Assembly (NCBI GenBank): GCA_019058365.1
Contig: JAHPZE010000007.1
Span: 103,210 to 167,209 of the forward strand
DNA: 64,000 bases
Direction of reading: 5' to 3'
Source: Promethearchaeota archaeon
GTDB taxonomy: Archaea > Asgardarchaeota > Lokiarchaeia > Sigyniarchaeales > SOKP01
The translations under genes and the position numbers were made by a program. The notes under the pieces were generated by a model, which searched no databases, had not been told where the DNA came from, and was given only the letters and a program-made list of their open reading frames with translations. Positions 1 to 10,839 of the stretch are shown here, in pieces (position 1 is the first letter of the stretch; each line of letters starts with the position of its first letter).

Positions 1-188
1 TTTTTTACAACTGAACTTATTGGAGCAACTCCGTAATAGTCTTTTTTTTCCTTTTTATCACTCGTCATAATCTCTATTATATTAAGTTAATTTAACTATA
101 AAAATATAACAAAAATATCATATAAACAATAAAATATTTTAAATTGTAAATTATAGATGGTATACAAAAGAATTTTGAAAATAGAGAA

Positions 189-2075
189 ATGGTATATCAA
201 AAAGATTTTAAAAAATTCAAGGAATTCATTGGATTATTCGATAATTCTATAAGGGCTAACGATTTTCAGCAGTTAAATAAATTATTTCCTTCAATTGATG
301 AGTATGAAGAACAATTCTTAAGTGGTTACCATAAACGAAAGAAAGAAGGTACCTTTTATACAAACAAACAAATTTCAGATTTTATTGTATCTGAAATGCT
401 ACTTTGCTTAATTAATAAAAAATTCAATATAAATGGTTTGGAGTCAAAAAAGATTAGAAAAGTTAATGAAATTTACAAATATGATATTAAATTTAAACAA
501 AAATTAAAAGAATTATTATTAAATATTAAAATTTGTGATCCAGCATGTGGTTCGGGTGAGTTCCTATTAAGTTCGGCTGATATCATTTTTAATATTCTCA
601 AAAAACTAAATTCAAATCTAAATGTAGTTAATATTAAGAATCAAATACTAAACAACTTATACGGGTATGATATTAATGAATATGCGATTAAATTATGTAT
701 ATTGAAACTTCTCAAATGGTATCAAAATAACTTAGATGATAGCGTAAAAAAATCAATATCAATATTAAAGTTAAATTTAAAATTACAAAACAGTCTTATA
801 AATTCGAATTTTCCCAAATTTGATATAATTTTAGGAAATCCCCCTTATGGGAATATTTTAACTAAAGATGAGAAGGAAATCCTAAAAAAAGAAAACATTT
901 TCTATAATGATATTTATTGTGCTTTTTTATTAAAAGCTTTAGAGTGGAGCAATGAAGTTATAGGCTTCTTAGTTCCAAAAAGTTTCCTCCTTCGACAAGG
1001 TTATATTAATTTTAGGCAAGATTTTCTTTCTAAAGCAAATATCTTAGAAATCTATGATATTGGTTCCAAGATGTTTAAAACAGCAACAAACGAAGTACAA
1101 ATAATTTTATACGAAAATAAAAATGGATATAATGCTAGAGATTTAGATGTCTATGATTATCCAAAAACTAAGATTACTGCTTATCCAAATCAAAATGTAG
1201 ATTCATTAAGAATTTGCTTTAGTTTGAATTGTCCTTTAAGCTTAAAATCTAAAAAATTATATGTATATACATTTAAGAAAAATTGTCCCTTTTGTGGTTC
1301 AGATACGGTCGAAATGAATCGGATTAGAATAAAACCAAATGCGCAAATATATGAATTAATTGAAAAAGTTGAAAAGATCGGAGATTTAAACTACTTAAAT
1401 CCTGTAGATTTTCCAAAAATGATTAGAGGAGAAGAAGAAAAAGGGCTTAAGTTAGTAAAAACAAAATTAAGAAAAGATACAAAAGGGTCTTGCTTCTTTA
1501 TCAGCGCGAGAAACGATTTCAATTACTATATTTTCAGAAAAGTTAAATCATTTAATATTGAAGAAGTTGATCCAAAGATCTTAAAAGGTAATAATTATGA
1601 ATATTATAACCAACGAAAATTGTTAATAAAACATAATAATATTATCCCGGAAGTGCTTTATACTGAAGATAATGTGTGCTTTACATCATCAATTTATTCA
1701 TTACTCCATAATAATTCTGATGAACTAAAATACCTTTGTGCTGTTCTTAATTCAAGCTTAATTCAATTTTACTGTATATATGGTATTAATAATCAAAAAG
1801 ATACTACAATTAATTTAAATCAATATATGATTAGACATTTACCTATCGTCATTGTTGATAATGTAATTAAAAAAATAATCGTAGAAAAAGTTGACACAAT
1901 AAATAATTTATTAATTTTGAATAACCTAATTAAAAGTGAAAATGTACATCGATTGTTAAAAGACATTGATGATATAATCTTTAACCAATATTCAATAACA
2001 GAAAAAGAAAGGAATTTGATAATCTCAGAAGTAAGAAACCAAATTAAACATTTTAGAGTGCTTTATAATGAATAA
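189..2075 (+). CDS. Adenine-specific DNA methyltransferase (Eco57I/TaqI-like, gamma class) with C-terminal target-recognition region; no adjacent restriction endonuclease
   Basis: Motif X 'GTFYT', motif I 'DPACGSGEF', motif IV 'GNPPY', C-terminal 'YLCAVLNSSLIQFY...HLPI'. Confidence 0.9.
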   Translation: MVYQKDFKKFKEFIGLFDNSIRANDFQQLNKLFPSIDEYEEQFLSGYHKRKKEGTFYTNKQISDFIVSEMLLCLINKKFNINGLESKKIRKVNEIYKYDIKFKQKLKELLLNIKICDPACGSGEFLLSSADIIFNILKKLNSNLNVVNIKNQILNNLYGYDINEYAIKLCILKLLKWYQNNLDDSVKKSISILKLNLKLQNSLINSNFPKFDIILGNPPYGNILTKDEKEILKKENIFYNDIYCAFLLKALEWSNEVIGFLVPKSFLLRQGYINFRQDFLSKANILEIYDIGSKMFKTATNEVQIILYENKNGYNARDLDVYDYPKTKITAYPNQNVDSLRICFSLNCPLSLKSKKLYVYTFKKNCPFCGSDTVEMNRIRIKPNAQIYELIEKVEKIGDLNYLNPVDFPKMIRGEEEKGLKLVKTKLRKDTKGSCFFISARNDFNYYIFRKVKSFNIEEVDPKILKGNNYEYYNQRKLLIKHNNIIPEVLYTEDNVCFTSSIYSLLHNNSDELKYLCAVLNSSLIQFYCIYGINNQKDTTINLNQYMIRHLPIVIVDNVIKKIIVEKVDTINNLLILNNLIKSENVHRLLKDIDDIIFNQYSITEKERNLIISEVRNQIKHFRVLYNE

Positions 2076-2089
2076 ACTTTAAATGATTA

Positions 2090-2584
2090 TTATTCTCTTA
2101 ATTTAAAACAAAAATCGCACTTATTGTCTCCTAAACCCATCGCTTTTTTTCGTTCAAATTTTATTTTTGGATTAAATTCTTTAAAAGCTGCTTTATAAAA
2201 GGGAAAACACATATTATTGCATATTAATGGAATTCTTTCTTGTCGTTCTGGATTTCTATCCATTATTGCTTTATAGGGACACTCCTTTATATCGATAATC
2301 ACTTCTAAGGCAGAAATCCGATTAACTTTATATATCCAACCTTCTATAGACCATCTAAAAGTGATTATATCAACTAAATCACCTAAAGTGTTTGATTCAA
2401 TCTTCAGATATTTCTTTATCCTTCTAAAAATAATTCTCATGAGCCTAATCCAAACCGCTTTATCGATTTTTAGAGCAGTATCCCACCCTATTTCTTTTTC
2501 AGTTTCTATCATCCACACACCATCCATAGTAAAGAAGTTCTTTTCGAAGTAAAACAATTTATCAGCATCAGTTATTTTTCTCAA
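2090..2584 (-). CDS. DUF6125/V4R-like ligand-binding protein
   Basis: 'FTMDGVW...EIGWDTALKIDKAVW', 'ECPY', 'C..MC', 'MGLGDNKCDF' Cys pattern. Confidence 0.6.
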   Translation of the reverse strand: MRKITDADKLFYFEKNFFTMDGVWMIETEKEIGWDTALKIDKAVWIRLMRIIFRRIKKYLKIESNTLGDLVDIITFRWSIEGWIYKVNRISALEVIIDIKECPYKAIMDRNPERQERIPLICNNMCFPFYKAAFKEFNPKIKFERKKAMGLGDNKCDFCFKLRE

Positions 2585-2856
2585 ATGACAACCCCTAATT
2601 TATTTTAATAATATTAATAAAGAAAAAGATATCATTAAATTTTTTAATTGTAAATGTTTCGAAAATATTGTTATATATTAACGATAACATGGGATATTAT
2701 TAAAATATGTCATTAAATAAACTCAAATAATCATTCAGATATATGCCTTAACAGAGTCTTAAATATGGAAAACATTCTTTTTGCATTATTATAAAAATTT
2801 TTCTATAAAACTTCAGTCCCAAAGAATATGAAAAAGAAATGAGAAAAAATGGTTAA

Positions 2857-3015
2857 TTATTCCTGTTTTCTCAAAAGCGAGCTGAGTTCAGTTTTCAGCA
2901 AATCGCGTATAGCAACACGAATTACTTCTGAACGATTGGGATAAAGGTTCATGTTAACTAATTCTTCTATTCCACTTAGATATGCTTCGGGAATATGACA
3001 TGTTATTAATTTCAT
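2857..3015 (-). CDS. Ribbon-helix-helix transcriptional regulator (CopG/Arc/MetJ, CdrS-like), 52 aa, missing from the ORF track
   Basis: Manual translation MKLITCHIPEAYLSGIEELVNMNLYPNRSEVIRVAIRDLLKTELSSLLRKQE; 'YPNRSEVIRVAIRDLL' is the archaeal RHH signature. Confidence 0.88.
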   Translation of the reverse strand: MKLITCHIPEAYLSGIEELVNMNLYPNRSEVIRVAIRDLLKTELSSLLRKQE

Positions 3016-3272
3016 TTTTTTTTATAAAACCCCTTTTAATATGTAAAACTTATTGTTTTTGTTATACTTTACACAATTTGACAATATAATATATCAGTAT
3101 AATACTACGATAATATATCTGAAATTCAATAGTAATTATGGTTGTAAAGTATATTTTTTTAACTCTTTGAATTATTTATAATTAAATCATTAAATAAAAA
3201 TCTTCATTGATTAATAGACTAAATGTTATAATCATTTATGCTTTATATTTTAAGAGTGAGGCTGAATAATTT

Positions 3273-3731
3273 ATGTTAAACAAATATAATAGCAAGAAAG
3301 CATTATTAGAAAGGTCTAGTAGAGTTATAAATTCTATTATTAATGGTATGGAAGAATTAAGTATAGTAAAAAGAAGGAAAATAATGGAAAAAAGTGGAGA
3401 AGCGTGTGCAATAGCAGGGAGTTATGAAATTGCAAAAAAAATTTCTGAAGAAACGACTTGTATTGAAGAAATTATTGAAAAAATCAATAATCAAATTCCA
3501 TGGTGCGGTCAATGGAATTTAAAAGATAATATTATTAGATCAATATGCAATGAATGTGGATGTCCTCTTGTTAGAAATAAAATTGTAAATTTAAATAGTA
3601 CATTTTGTTATTGCTCTTTAGGTTGGGTAAAAATAATTTTTAAAACCTTGCTTAAAAAGCGCGTTCACGTTGAGATGTTAAAATCAATAGGTGCAGGTGA
3701 TAATATTTGCGAATATGTTGTATATATTTAA
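3273..3731 (+). CDS. DUF6144-like Cys-rich (V4R-related) protein
   Basis: 'GEACA', 'CGCPLV', 'FCYCSLGW', 'SIGAGDNICEY'. Confidence 0.6.
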   Translation: MLNKYNSKKALLERSSRVINSIINGMEELSIVKRRKIMEKSGEACAIAGSYEIAKKISEETTCIEEIIEKINNQIPWCGQWNLKDNIIRSICNECGCPLVRNKIVNLNSTFCYCSLGWVKIIFKTLLKKRVHVEMLKSIGAGDNICEYVVYI

Positions 3732-3774
3732 ATAAAATAAAAATACTTAAACTGTTTCTTTAATAAAATTAATA

Positions 3775-4905
3775 ATGAGTAAATTAATATTAGTTGATGG
3801 GGCAAAAGGGCATACTGGTACATTTCTTATAAAAAAGATATTAGAAACAAAGCCAGATTGGACTATAATAGCTACAGATTTACCCATGGATAAAAGAGAT
3901 AAATTAATGGCAAAGGAGACAATTTTTAGTAATAGATTCAAGTATATGACTGAAATACTAGAAAATGAGGGAATATTCTTTATCCCAGCTGATTTAACTG
4001 ATAAGAAGTCACTTGACGAATTATTTCAAGACAAGAAATATGATATCATTTTCCATGTGGCTAGCTTGTATGATTATTTTGCTGAATTAGACCTTTTAAG
4101 AAAAATAAATGTAGGAGGTATACAAAATCTGCTTGAAATTATATGTAAAACTCAAGATTTAACTAAATTAAGATTTATTCACTGGAGTACATGTGGTGTT
4201 TACGGAGAACCAAAATATCAAAAGAATAAGAAAGGATATCCCCTTCCTGGAGATGAAACAGTGCCTTTTAAACCCCCAAATAATTACAGTATAAGTAAAA
4301 TGGAACAAGAAATGGTTTTAAAGAAATATATGAATGATTATCAATTAAAAGCCACGATTATACGACCAGCACCAATAATGGGACCATATCAGATGTATGG
4401 GGTTTTTCATATAATACAACTAGTTAATAAGTCAGGATTTGGTCCTGGCATCCATATCTACCCTAAAAAGAAACGGTTAGCAATGCCATTAATTCATGTT
4501 GAAGATTTAGTTAGATCGGCGGTATTTTTAGCAGAAAGTGATCAAACAATAGGTGAAGCTTATAATCTTATTTTAGACACGTGCTTTCAAGAAGATTTCC
4601 TTGAATATCTTGCAGATTTACTAAATGTTGATTATTTTAATTTTCCTGTATGGTGGCCGTTTTATATAATTTTTTCGAAATTTCTTTACTGGCTTAATAA
4701 AAGGAAAGATAAAAAAGCTAAAAAGCTGAACTCAAGACCGCCAGTTGATTTATCAATGGCGGATTATACTACTCATCAATATCTTTTTTCTAATAAAAAA
4801 ATTAAAGATTTAGGATTCAAGTTTAAGTTTCCAGATTATAAAAGTGCTACTAAGGATACCGTTGAATGGTATCTAAAAAATAAATGGTTGGAGAGTGAAT
4901 ACTAA
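3775..4905 (+). CDS. NAD-dependent epimerase/dehydratase (extended SDR)
   Basis: 'DGAKGHTG' Rossmann variant, 'FHVAS', 'STCGVYG', catalytic 'YSISK', 'IHVEDL'. Confidence 0.88.
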   Translation: MSKLILVDGAKGHTGTFLIKKILETKPDWTIIATDLPMDKRDKLMAKETIFSNRFKYMTEILENEGIFFIPADLTDKKSLDELFQDKKYDIIFHVASLYDYFAELDLLRKINVGGIQNLLEIICKTQDLTKLRFIHWSTCGVYGEPKYQKNKKGYPLPGDETVPFKPPNNYSISKMEQEMVLKKYMNDYQLKATIIRPAPIMGPYQMYGVFHIIQLVNKSGFGPGIHIYPKKKRLAMPLIHVEDLVRSAVFLAESDQTIGEAYNLILDTCFQEDFLEYLADLLNVDYFNFPVWWPFYIIFSKFLYWLNKRKDKKAKKLNSRPPVDLSMADYTTHQYLFSNKKIKDLGFKFKFPDYKSATKDTVEWYLKNKWLESEY

Positions 4906-5382
4906 ATGGGATTTGTAGAGGGATTAATTCTAAGTTTTATAGTTGGTTGGATAAATTCTTACTTATATCGAAAATATCTACGAAGAAGAAACAAAGACTG
5001 GATTGTTTTTCTAGCAGTTATTTTCCTCTCAGCCCTATGGACTTTTGATAGTTTAATGTATTTCGAAATATTAGACATGAAATGGTTAAATTTTCTTCCT
5101 TGGGTTGATTTACCTTCCGTTAGTACTGGAAAATACTTTTTATGGAACTCTTTTATCATCTTTGGAATAGATCAAAAAATTAATTATCAACCAGGAATGG
5201 AAGTAATCGCAAGCTTTTTATTTTTATCATATTTATTTTGGTATTACCTTGGTTCTAAGCTTGGAAAAGTTATACATGGTTATAGAACATACCAACGAGG
5301 GCAATATTTTATATTTAGACCAGTGAAGAAATTCATTAAAGACCGCGAAAAAAACAAAGAAAATTCTGAGGTAAACACATAA
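4906..5382 (+). CDS. Hypothetical membrane protein, abuts the SDR gene
   Basis: 3-4 hydrophobic segments; ATG immediately follows the upstream stop. Confidence 0.7.
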   Translation: MGFVEGLILSFIVGWINSYLYRKYLRRRNKDWIVFLAVIFLSALWTFDSLMYFEILDMKWLNFLPWVDLPSVSTGKYFLWNSFIIFGIDQKINYQPGMEVIASFLFLSYLFWYYLGSKLGKVIHGYRTYQRGQYFIFRPVKKFIKDREKNKENSEVNT

Positions 5383-5681
5383 AATAATTTAAGAAGATAA
5401 GACAACCCGACAATTTAGACAAAACTGGTATTCAAAATGCCTTTTTAATTTTAAATATTAGATCAAAAATCGCTGAAATTCTAAGTTTAGCGAGTAATTA
5501 TATAATAAATGAAATAACAAATCTAATTTCTAGCTCTTGTTTTTATTATTCATTCTCTTGAGCTCCTAAAGGCTCTTCCTAAGAGTCATATCTGGACATA
5601 TGTCAAATCACAATAAAGTTTAAATAGGAGACTTTTTTTAATATAGTTAAGCATATTTTTTTCAATTTCACAAACTTTCGG

Positions 5682-6449
5682 GTGCTAGAGATAGTATTTA
5701 AAAGAGATATAGATCAATTTAGGTTTGAGAATAGACCATATAGATTCATGGGACAAGATCCACCAGAGCATCATGGTCCTCCTCTTCCACCCCCTTTTGA
5801 TGGTCTTCCGTTTTTCGGACCAAAATTACCTTTTTCACACGGACATTTCAAACCCCCATTACCCATAAGTCGAGAATCATTTCAAGAAATTAGAGATTTT
5901 ATAGTTTTATTAATAATTTCAGAGTATCCTGATGGTATAACTGGATATCAATTACAAGAAAAGTATAATTTTCCAAGAGGAACACTTGTGAGGACACTGC
6001 AGGATTTAGAGGATAAACAATATTTGAACTCTAAAGAGGCAATAATTGAAGGAAGGGCAAATAAGTTTTATATAATAACAGAATTAGGAAAGAGATTCAT
6101 AGAAGAATTAAAATTGAGATGGGCAAATCTATTTAGTGTAATGTCAGAGATAACACCCCCTAATGGTTTAAAAAGGATAATGTTCGAAAAAATAAAAGAG
6201 TTTAAGTCTAAAGATGATGCCATTGATCTTTTTCGCGGATTAAGATCATGGATGAAAGATATGCTTCAAAGAATAGAAAATAAAATTGAAAACTTTAAGA
6301 AAAGTAAAACTGATTTAGATAGTATCATTCTGAAAATTGAAAGAATGGAACAATTAAATAAAGATAAAATAATAGATTTAGTCAAGGAATTAATTGAAAA
6401 AGTGAAAGATAATGAAAAGTCTATTGATAATGTTAATATTAATAAATAA
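5682..6449 (+). CDS. PadR-family transcriptional regulator with Pro-rich N-terminus
   Basis: 'GITGYQL...RGTLVRTLQDLEDKQYL...KFYIITELG' wHTH plus C-terminal coiled coil. Confidence 0.85.
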   Translation: MLEIVFKRDIDQFRFENRPYRFMGQDPPEHHGPPLPPPFDGLPFFGPKLPFSHGHFKPPLPISRESFQEIRDFIVLLIISEYPDGITGYQLQEKYNFPRGTLVRTLQDLEDKQYLNSKEAIIEGRANKFYIITELGKRFIEELKLRWANLFSVMSEITPPNGLKRIMFEKIKEFKSKDDAIDLFRGLRSWMKDMLQRIENKIENFKKSKTDLDSIILKIERMEQLNKDKIIDLVKELIEKVKDNEKSIDNVNINK

Positions 6450-6497
6450 TTAAGAAAAAATTGATATAAAACAATTTATAAAAAAACATGATATAAA

Positions 6498-7586
6498 ATG
6501 ATATTACAACCATCAGGAAAGAGTAAAAAAGTAGAGATTGACAATTCAGAAACTGTTATAAAATTAGAAAATTTAACAAAAAAATTTGGGAATTTAACAG
6601 CAGTTAATAGTATAAACCTTGAAGTTCATAGAGGGGAAACAATTGGGTTAGTAGGTCCTAATGGAGCAGGTAAAACTACTACAATTAAAATGATTGCGAA
6701 AATTCTAAGACCAAATTCGGGTAGAATTCTTATTAGAACTAATAGTAGTGATTTACAAGATTTAGGAAAAATATCGAGAACTTTAAGTCAAATGGGATTT
6801 TTAATAGATATTCCCGCTTTTTACAATATGACTGCTTATCAATTATTAAGATATTTCGCAAACCTCCAAAATTACCCTAAAGATAAGATCGATCAAAGAA
6901 TAGATGAGCTTTTAGAGCGCTTCAAGCTCTCTGAATGGAAATTTGAACAGGTAAAAAATTTTTCTAAAGGAATGACTCAGAAGATAGGAATCATTCAAGC
7001 AATTATCCATGATCCGGAGATAATAATATTGGATGAACCACAAACTGGCTTGGATCCATTAGCACGTGTTGAAATACGGAAATATATCCGAGAGCTTCAA
7101 TCACAGGGAAAAACAATATTTGTTGCTTCCCATATGTTATATGAAATATCAGAAGTATGTGATAAAATCGCTTTAATTAATTATGGCTCTATAATTGGGT
7201 TTGATACAGTAGAGAATTTAGCACTTAAATTAAAGACTAGTGAATTAGATTGTGAATTACTTAAGACCATTAATGATAGTGAATTAAGCCCATTAATAGA
7301 TCGGTTAACTGAAAAACTTAAACCTTATCTAGACAAGAATTTAGACCCGATGATATCAAAAATTCCAGTAAAGTATTATCCTGAACAACAAGGGTTTAAA
7401 TTTTTTTATGATGGACGACATGAATCAAAAGGAGAGATCTTAAAGATTCTTATTAAGGAGTTCGAATCAGATTTTACAGTGATCTCATTTACTCAGCCAA
7501 AAACATCTCAACTCGAAAGAATTTATGCAGAAATGGTAAAAGACAATGATTCAAAAGGGAAAAGCAAATTAAATGGAGGGTTATAG
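6498..7586 (+). CDS. ABC-2 type exporter ATP-binding protein
   Basis: Walker A GPNGAGKT, signature FSKGM, Walker B IILDEP, H-loop ASH. Confidence 0.95.
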   Translation: MILQPSGKSKKVEIDNSETVIKLENLTKKFGNLTAVNSINLEVHRGETIGLVGPNGAGKTTTIKMIAKILRPNSGRILIRTNSSDLQDLGKISRTLSQMGFLIDIPAFYNMTAYQLLRYFANLQNYPKDKIDQRIDELLERFKLSEWKFEQVKNFSKGMTQKIGIIQAIIHDPEIIILDEPQTGLDPLARVEIRKYIRELQSQGKTIFVASHMLYEISEVCDKIALINYGSIIGFDTVENLALKLKTSELDCELLKTINDSELSPLIDRLTEKLKPYLDKNLDPMISKIPVKYYPEQQGFKFFYDGRHESKGEILKILIKEFESDFTVISFTQPKTSQLERIYAEMVKDNDSKGKSKLNGGL

Positions 7587-8445
7587 AAAAATGGATAATA
7601 GAAAAGAAAATCTTACTGGAATAAAGCCAATTTTATACACCATTGTATTTGAAATAAAAAATCAAAGAAAGAAATTTTATTTCTTTTCATTAATCGCACT
7701 TATTGTTGCTGTTTTATTGGGATATATCTTACAATTAATCCCAACTTATCTTCTATCAGATACACAAGCGGAGTTCTTTAATACTGGGTTACAATTTATT
7801 TCATTCATCACTTTATTTGCTGCGTGTTTGTTTTTTTCTGGAATAATTTGCTCTGAATTTGATAAAAAAACTGGTTTTATAGTTTTTCCCAAAATCAACA
7901 AATATAAATTAATACTAGGAAAATATCTTGGAAATTTAGTTCTAGTAGTTGTAATTATTACAATTTACTATTTTATTTTAGGGCTTCTCGGATTTTTCTA
8001 TTATGGTGGACCAATTAACATTCGATTCTTATATTCATACGGTATTGCTATATTATATGTAATAGCTCTAAGTAGTTTTGTAACATTTTTTAGCTCATTT
8101 ATGAGAAGTGTAAATCTTACAATCATTTCTACTCTAATAATTCTACTCATAGGGTTTAATATCGCTGATCAGCTTGTTACATTGATATTTGCGGATAATT
8201 TCGAACCTTTATACTCTCTATCATATTTAGGTTCTCTCATAACAGGGATACTCGAATATCCTTTTCCAAATCCGAGATATACTGAATTTTCATTTAGCGG
8301 TATGGGTCCAGGCGGTAGAGGAGGGGACTTCTCATTCGGTCAATGGGTAACACCTACTATTGAGATGGGAATTACCTTACTACTTGTTTTTATTGTTGTG
8401 TATTTTGTATTAGCTGCATATCTATTTAAAAGGAGGCAATTGTAG
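7573..8445 (+). CDS. ABC-2 type transporter permease
   Basis: About 6 TM helices, 'ICSEFDKKTG...LILGKY' motif, overlaps the ATPase gene. Confidence 0.88.
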   Translation: MEGYRKMDNRKENLTGIKPILYTIVFEIKNQRKKFYFFSLIALIVAVLLGYILQLIPTYLLSDTQAEFFNTGLQFISFITLFAACLFFSGIICSEFDKKTGFIVFPKINKYKLILGKYLGNLVLVVVIITIYYFILGLLGFFYYGGPINIRFLYSYGIAILYVIALSSFVTFFSSFMRSVNLTIISTLIILLIGFNIADQLVTLIFADNFEPLYSLSYLGSLITGILEYPFPNPRYTEFSFSGMGPGGRGGDFSFGQWVTPTIEMGITLLLVFIVVYFVLAAYLFKRRQL

Positions 8446-8446
8446 A

Positions 8447-9421
8447 ATGAAAAAAAATATAAAAATCAATATAATTGGAGTATCGCTTCTCTGTATAATT
8501 TTCTTGGGAATGTTTTCAACAATTACCATTGCTAATGGGAATTATAATATTGCCTTAACTAAAGGTACTGAAGTCTTTACTGTTACACAATATGATGAAG
8601 CTGCTTGGAAAACTACAATTAATTCGTCCACGACACCTTCAGATTGGTTCGAAGGAGATTCAAATCAAACTGGCGCGAAGAGTAAAAATACGATTAAAGG
8701 CTGGAATTATGTTACTTGGGAATTTTATGATATATTTGTTTCATTATTTTTACCAGCAATGTTTGAATCTGAAGAGCTTATCCCATTATTAGGATTAATG
8801 AATACTCAAGGATATAATGAATCTACTATAAATACTAATTATACAAATAGCTACAATCTATGGGTTGGTCTACGTGCTGTATGGAATTTTACAATTGGAA
8901 GCTTTGAAGAAGATCCTACAATTGCAAATGATCCACTTTTAATATTTCGAAATCCAACTGATTTTGATGACATTCTTAATAACTATAATAATTTATCAGC
9001 AGAACTTAATAGCCTTCCCGCGATTATATTTTCAAATATTAGCTTTCCAATCTTAGAACCAGATGAATTTTTATGGTTATTTATCTTTAATGGACTCACA
9101 TTAGGTACTCCCTTTAGTTCATATTTAGAAGAACTCATTACTGCACTCGATTGTAAAAATGCCACAGTTAGCAACAATGTTCTTACAATAAACCTGACTG
9201 GTGAAACAAATTATATTGTAGAAATTACTTATGGTAATGAAGGAACAATGTCTTCATTTGTAGTAAAAGATGTTGGGAGTAACATAATATACCAAATTGT
9301 TGCTACAAATACAGATTGGATCTTCTTTATTACAGTTATTATAGTGGTACTTTGTATCGGAGGATTAAGTGTTTATTTAATAATCCGGAAGCGAAAAATA
9401 AATAGAATAAGAAAGAAATAA
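8447..9421 (+). CDS. Secreted, membrane-anchored hypothetical protein
   Basis: N-terminal signal peptide, many N-x-S/T sequons, C-terminal TM helix and basic tail; in the ABC operon. Confidence 0.7.
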   Translation: MKKNIKINIIGVSLLCIIFLGMFSTITIANGNYNIALTKGTEVFTVTQYDEAAWKTTINSSTTPSDWFEGDSNQTGAKSKNTIKGWNYVTWEFYDIFVSLFLPAMFESEELIPLLGLMNTQGYNESTINTNYTNSYNLWVGLRAVWNFTIGSFEEDPTIANDPLLIFRNPTDFDDILNNYNNLSAELNSLPAIIFSNISFPILEPDEFLWLFIFNGLTLGTPFSSYLEELITALDCKNATVSNNVLTINLTGETNYIVEITYGNEGTMSSFVVKDVGSNIIYQIVATNTDWIFFITVIIVVLCIGGLSVYLIIRKRKINRIRKK

Positions 9422-9463
9422 ACATATTTTTTTTTAAATTTTAAATATTTAAGTTTGATATTA

Positions 9464-10606
9464 TCATTCTTTTATGTCCTTGGGGTTTATTTCTTTGCCA
9501 AGCATGGAGGATTTTAAAGCTGCTAAAGCAAATTGTGTTGTATATTTTCCTTCCTCCCCCGATAATATTGGATCTCCACCATTCTTTATTGCTTCAATGA
9601 AATGGTGAGTTGAATTTATAAATCCATATTTCCAATCTCGTTCCATATCTGAGATCGTTTCAATTTTTCCATCTCGGAAGATAACAATTGCGGGAAAAAA
9701 CTCTGATTTGGACATGGTATTGCCTCCAGCAGTTGCTTGATTTATCCACATAATTCCCTCTGAGCCCGTAATAGATATAAATTCATCCTCGGGATAATAG
9801 GGACTAGGTAAAGTCATGTTTGGAGAATAATTATATTCCATATTTCCATATGTAGGCACAAAAAAATCTGAATCCTGTGGAGGTGCGTACTTCCACATTA
9901 TATAAGCAGGGGCATCTAAATTATTAAATCTGTCAATCCATGAATAGACTTTTTCAATTTTTGCCCCAATTAAGTGTATGGCTAACCAAAATTTATGGAA
10001 TCCGTCATCAAATATAATAGGGGATCCACATTCCAATCCACCACCACACAATTTTGGATCTAACCTCCATATCCATGTTGTAGTAGTTATATCCCACCCT
10101 CCTTTAGATGCTTCAAGTGTTTTAATGTGAATTGAATTTACTTCACCTATAATTCCCTCTTCTAATAATTGCTTCGCTCTCATAATTGGAGGATAAAAAG
10201 TGAAGTTTTCAAAGATTTTTAGCTTTATATTATTATTCTTGCAAGCATTAATCATTTTATCGCAGTCTTTGATAGAGTGTGCCATTGGTTTTTGTACACT
10301 TATTCCTAAAATATTTTTTTGAGTTGCATAAAGAGTCACTTCACAATGTAAATGATGAGGTAATAAAATTTCTAGAATATCAATGTTTTCGACATCAAGC
10401 ATTTCTTTATAATCATGATAATGTCTAACATCGGACCCTAGATTAAACTTTTCAATCTTCTCTTTAATATGTCTTTCTTTACTATCACATAAACAAGTAA
10501 TTTCAATATCATCACGATTTAAATAGCCCAGTATATTAAGATCAAAAATAACTCCGCATCCAATGATTCCAACTTTTAATTTTTCCATGATTTTCCTCGT
10601 TTTCAT
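9464..10606 (-). CDS. Gfo/Idh/MocA-family oxidoreductase
   Basis: 'VGIIGCG', 'PHHLH', 'VQKPMA', 'DDGFH'. Confidence 0.9.
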   Translation of the reverse strand: MKTRKIMEKLKVGIIGCGVIFDLNILGYLNRDDIEITCLCDSKERHIKEKIEKFNLGSDVRHYHDYKEMLDVENIDILEILLPHHLHCEVTLYATQKNILGISVQKPMAHSIKDCDKMINACKNNNIKLKIFENFTFYPPIMRAKQLLEEGIIGEVNSIHIKTLEASKGGWDITTTTWIWRLDPKLCGGGLECGSPIIFDDGFHKFWLAIHLIGAKIEKVYSWIDRFNNLDAPAYIMWKYAPPQDSDFFVPTYGNMEYNYSPNMTLPSPYYPEDEFISITGSEGIMWINQATAGGNTMSKSEFFPAIVIFRDGKIETISDMERDWKYGFINSTHHFIEAIKNGGDPILSGEEGKYTTQFALAALKSSMLGKEINPKDIKE

Positions 10607-10839
10607 TATTTCAATCTATTATTTAGAAAATAAATGAAATTATAAAATGCAAATTTTAAGATGATTAATTTAAAAAATAAATTTATTTATTGTAGTAATT
10701 TAATAAGTTAAAGAAATAAAAAGTTCCCATATTTTTTTTTTAAAAATTAATATCTAATTTTTGTAGAAAAAACATCATTATAAAAAAGAAAATGTAAAAA
10801 TAAACAATAAATTAAAAAATATAAAAAAAATAATATTAT

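Noticed and set aside
5595-5604. GACATATGTC palindrome upstream of the padR-ABC operon as an operator
   Set aside because: A single 10-bp palindrome is expected by chance in 64 kb
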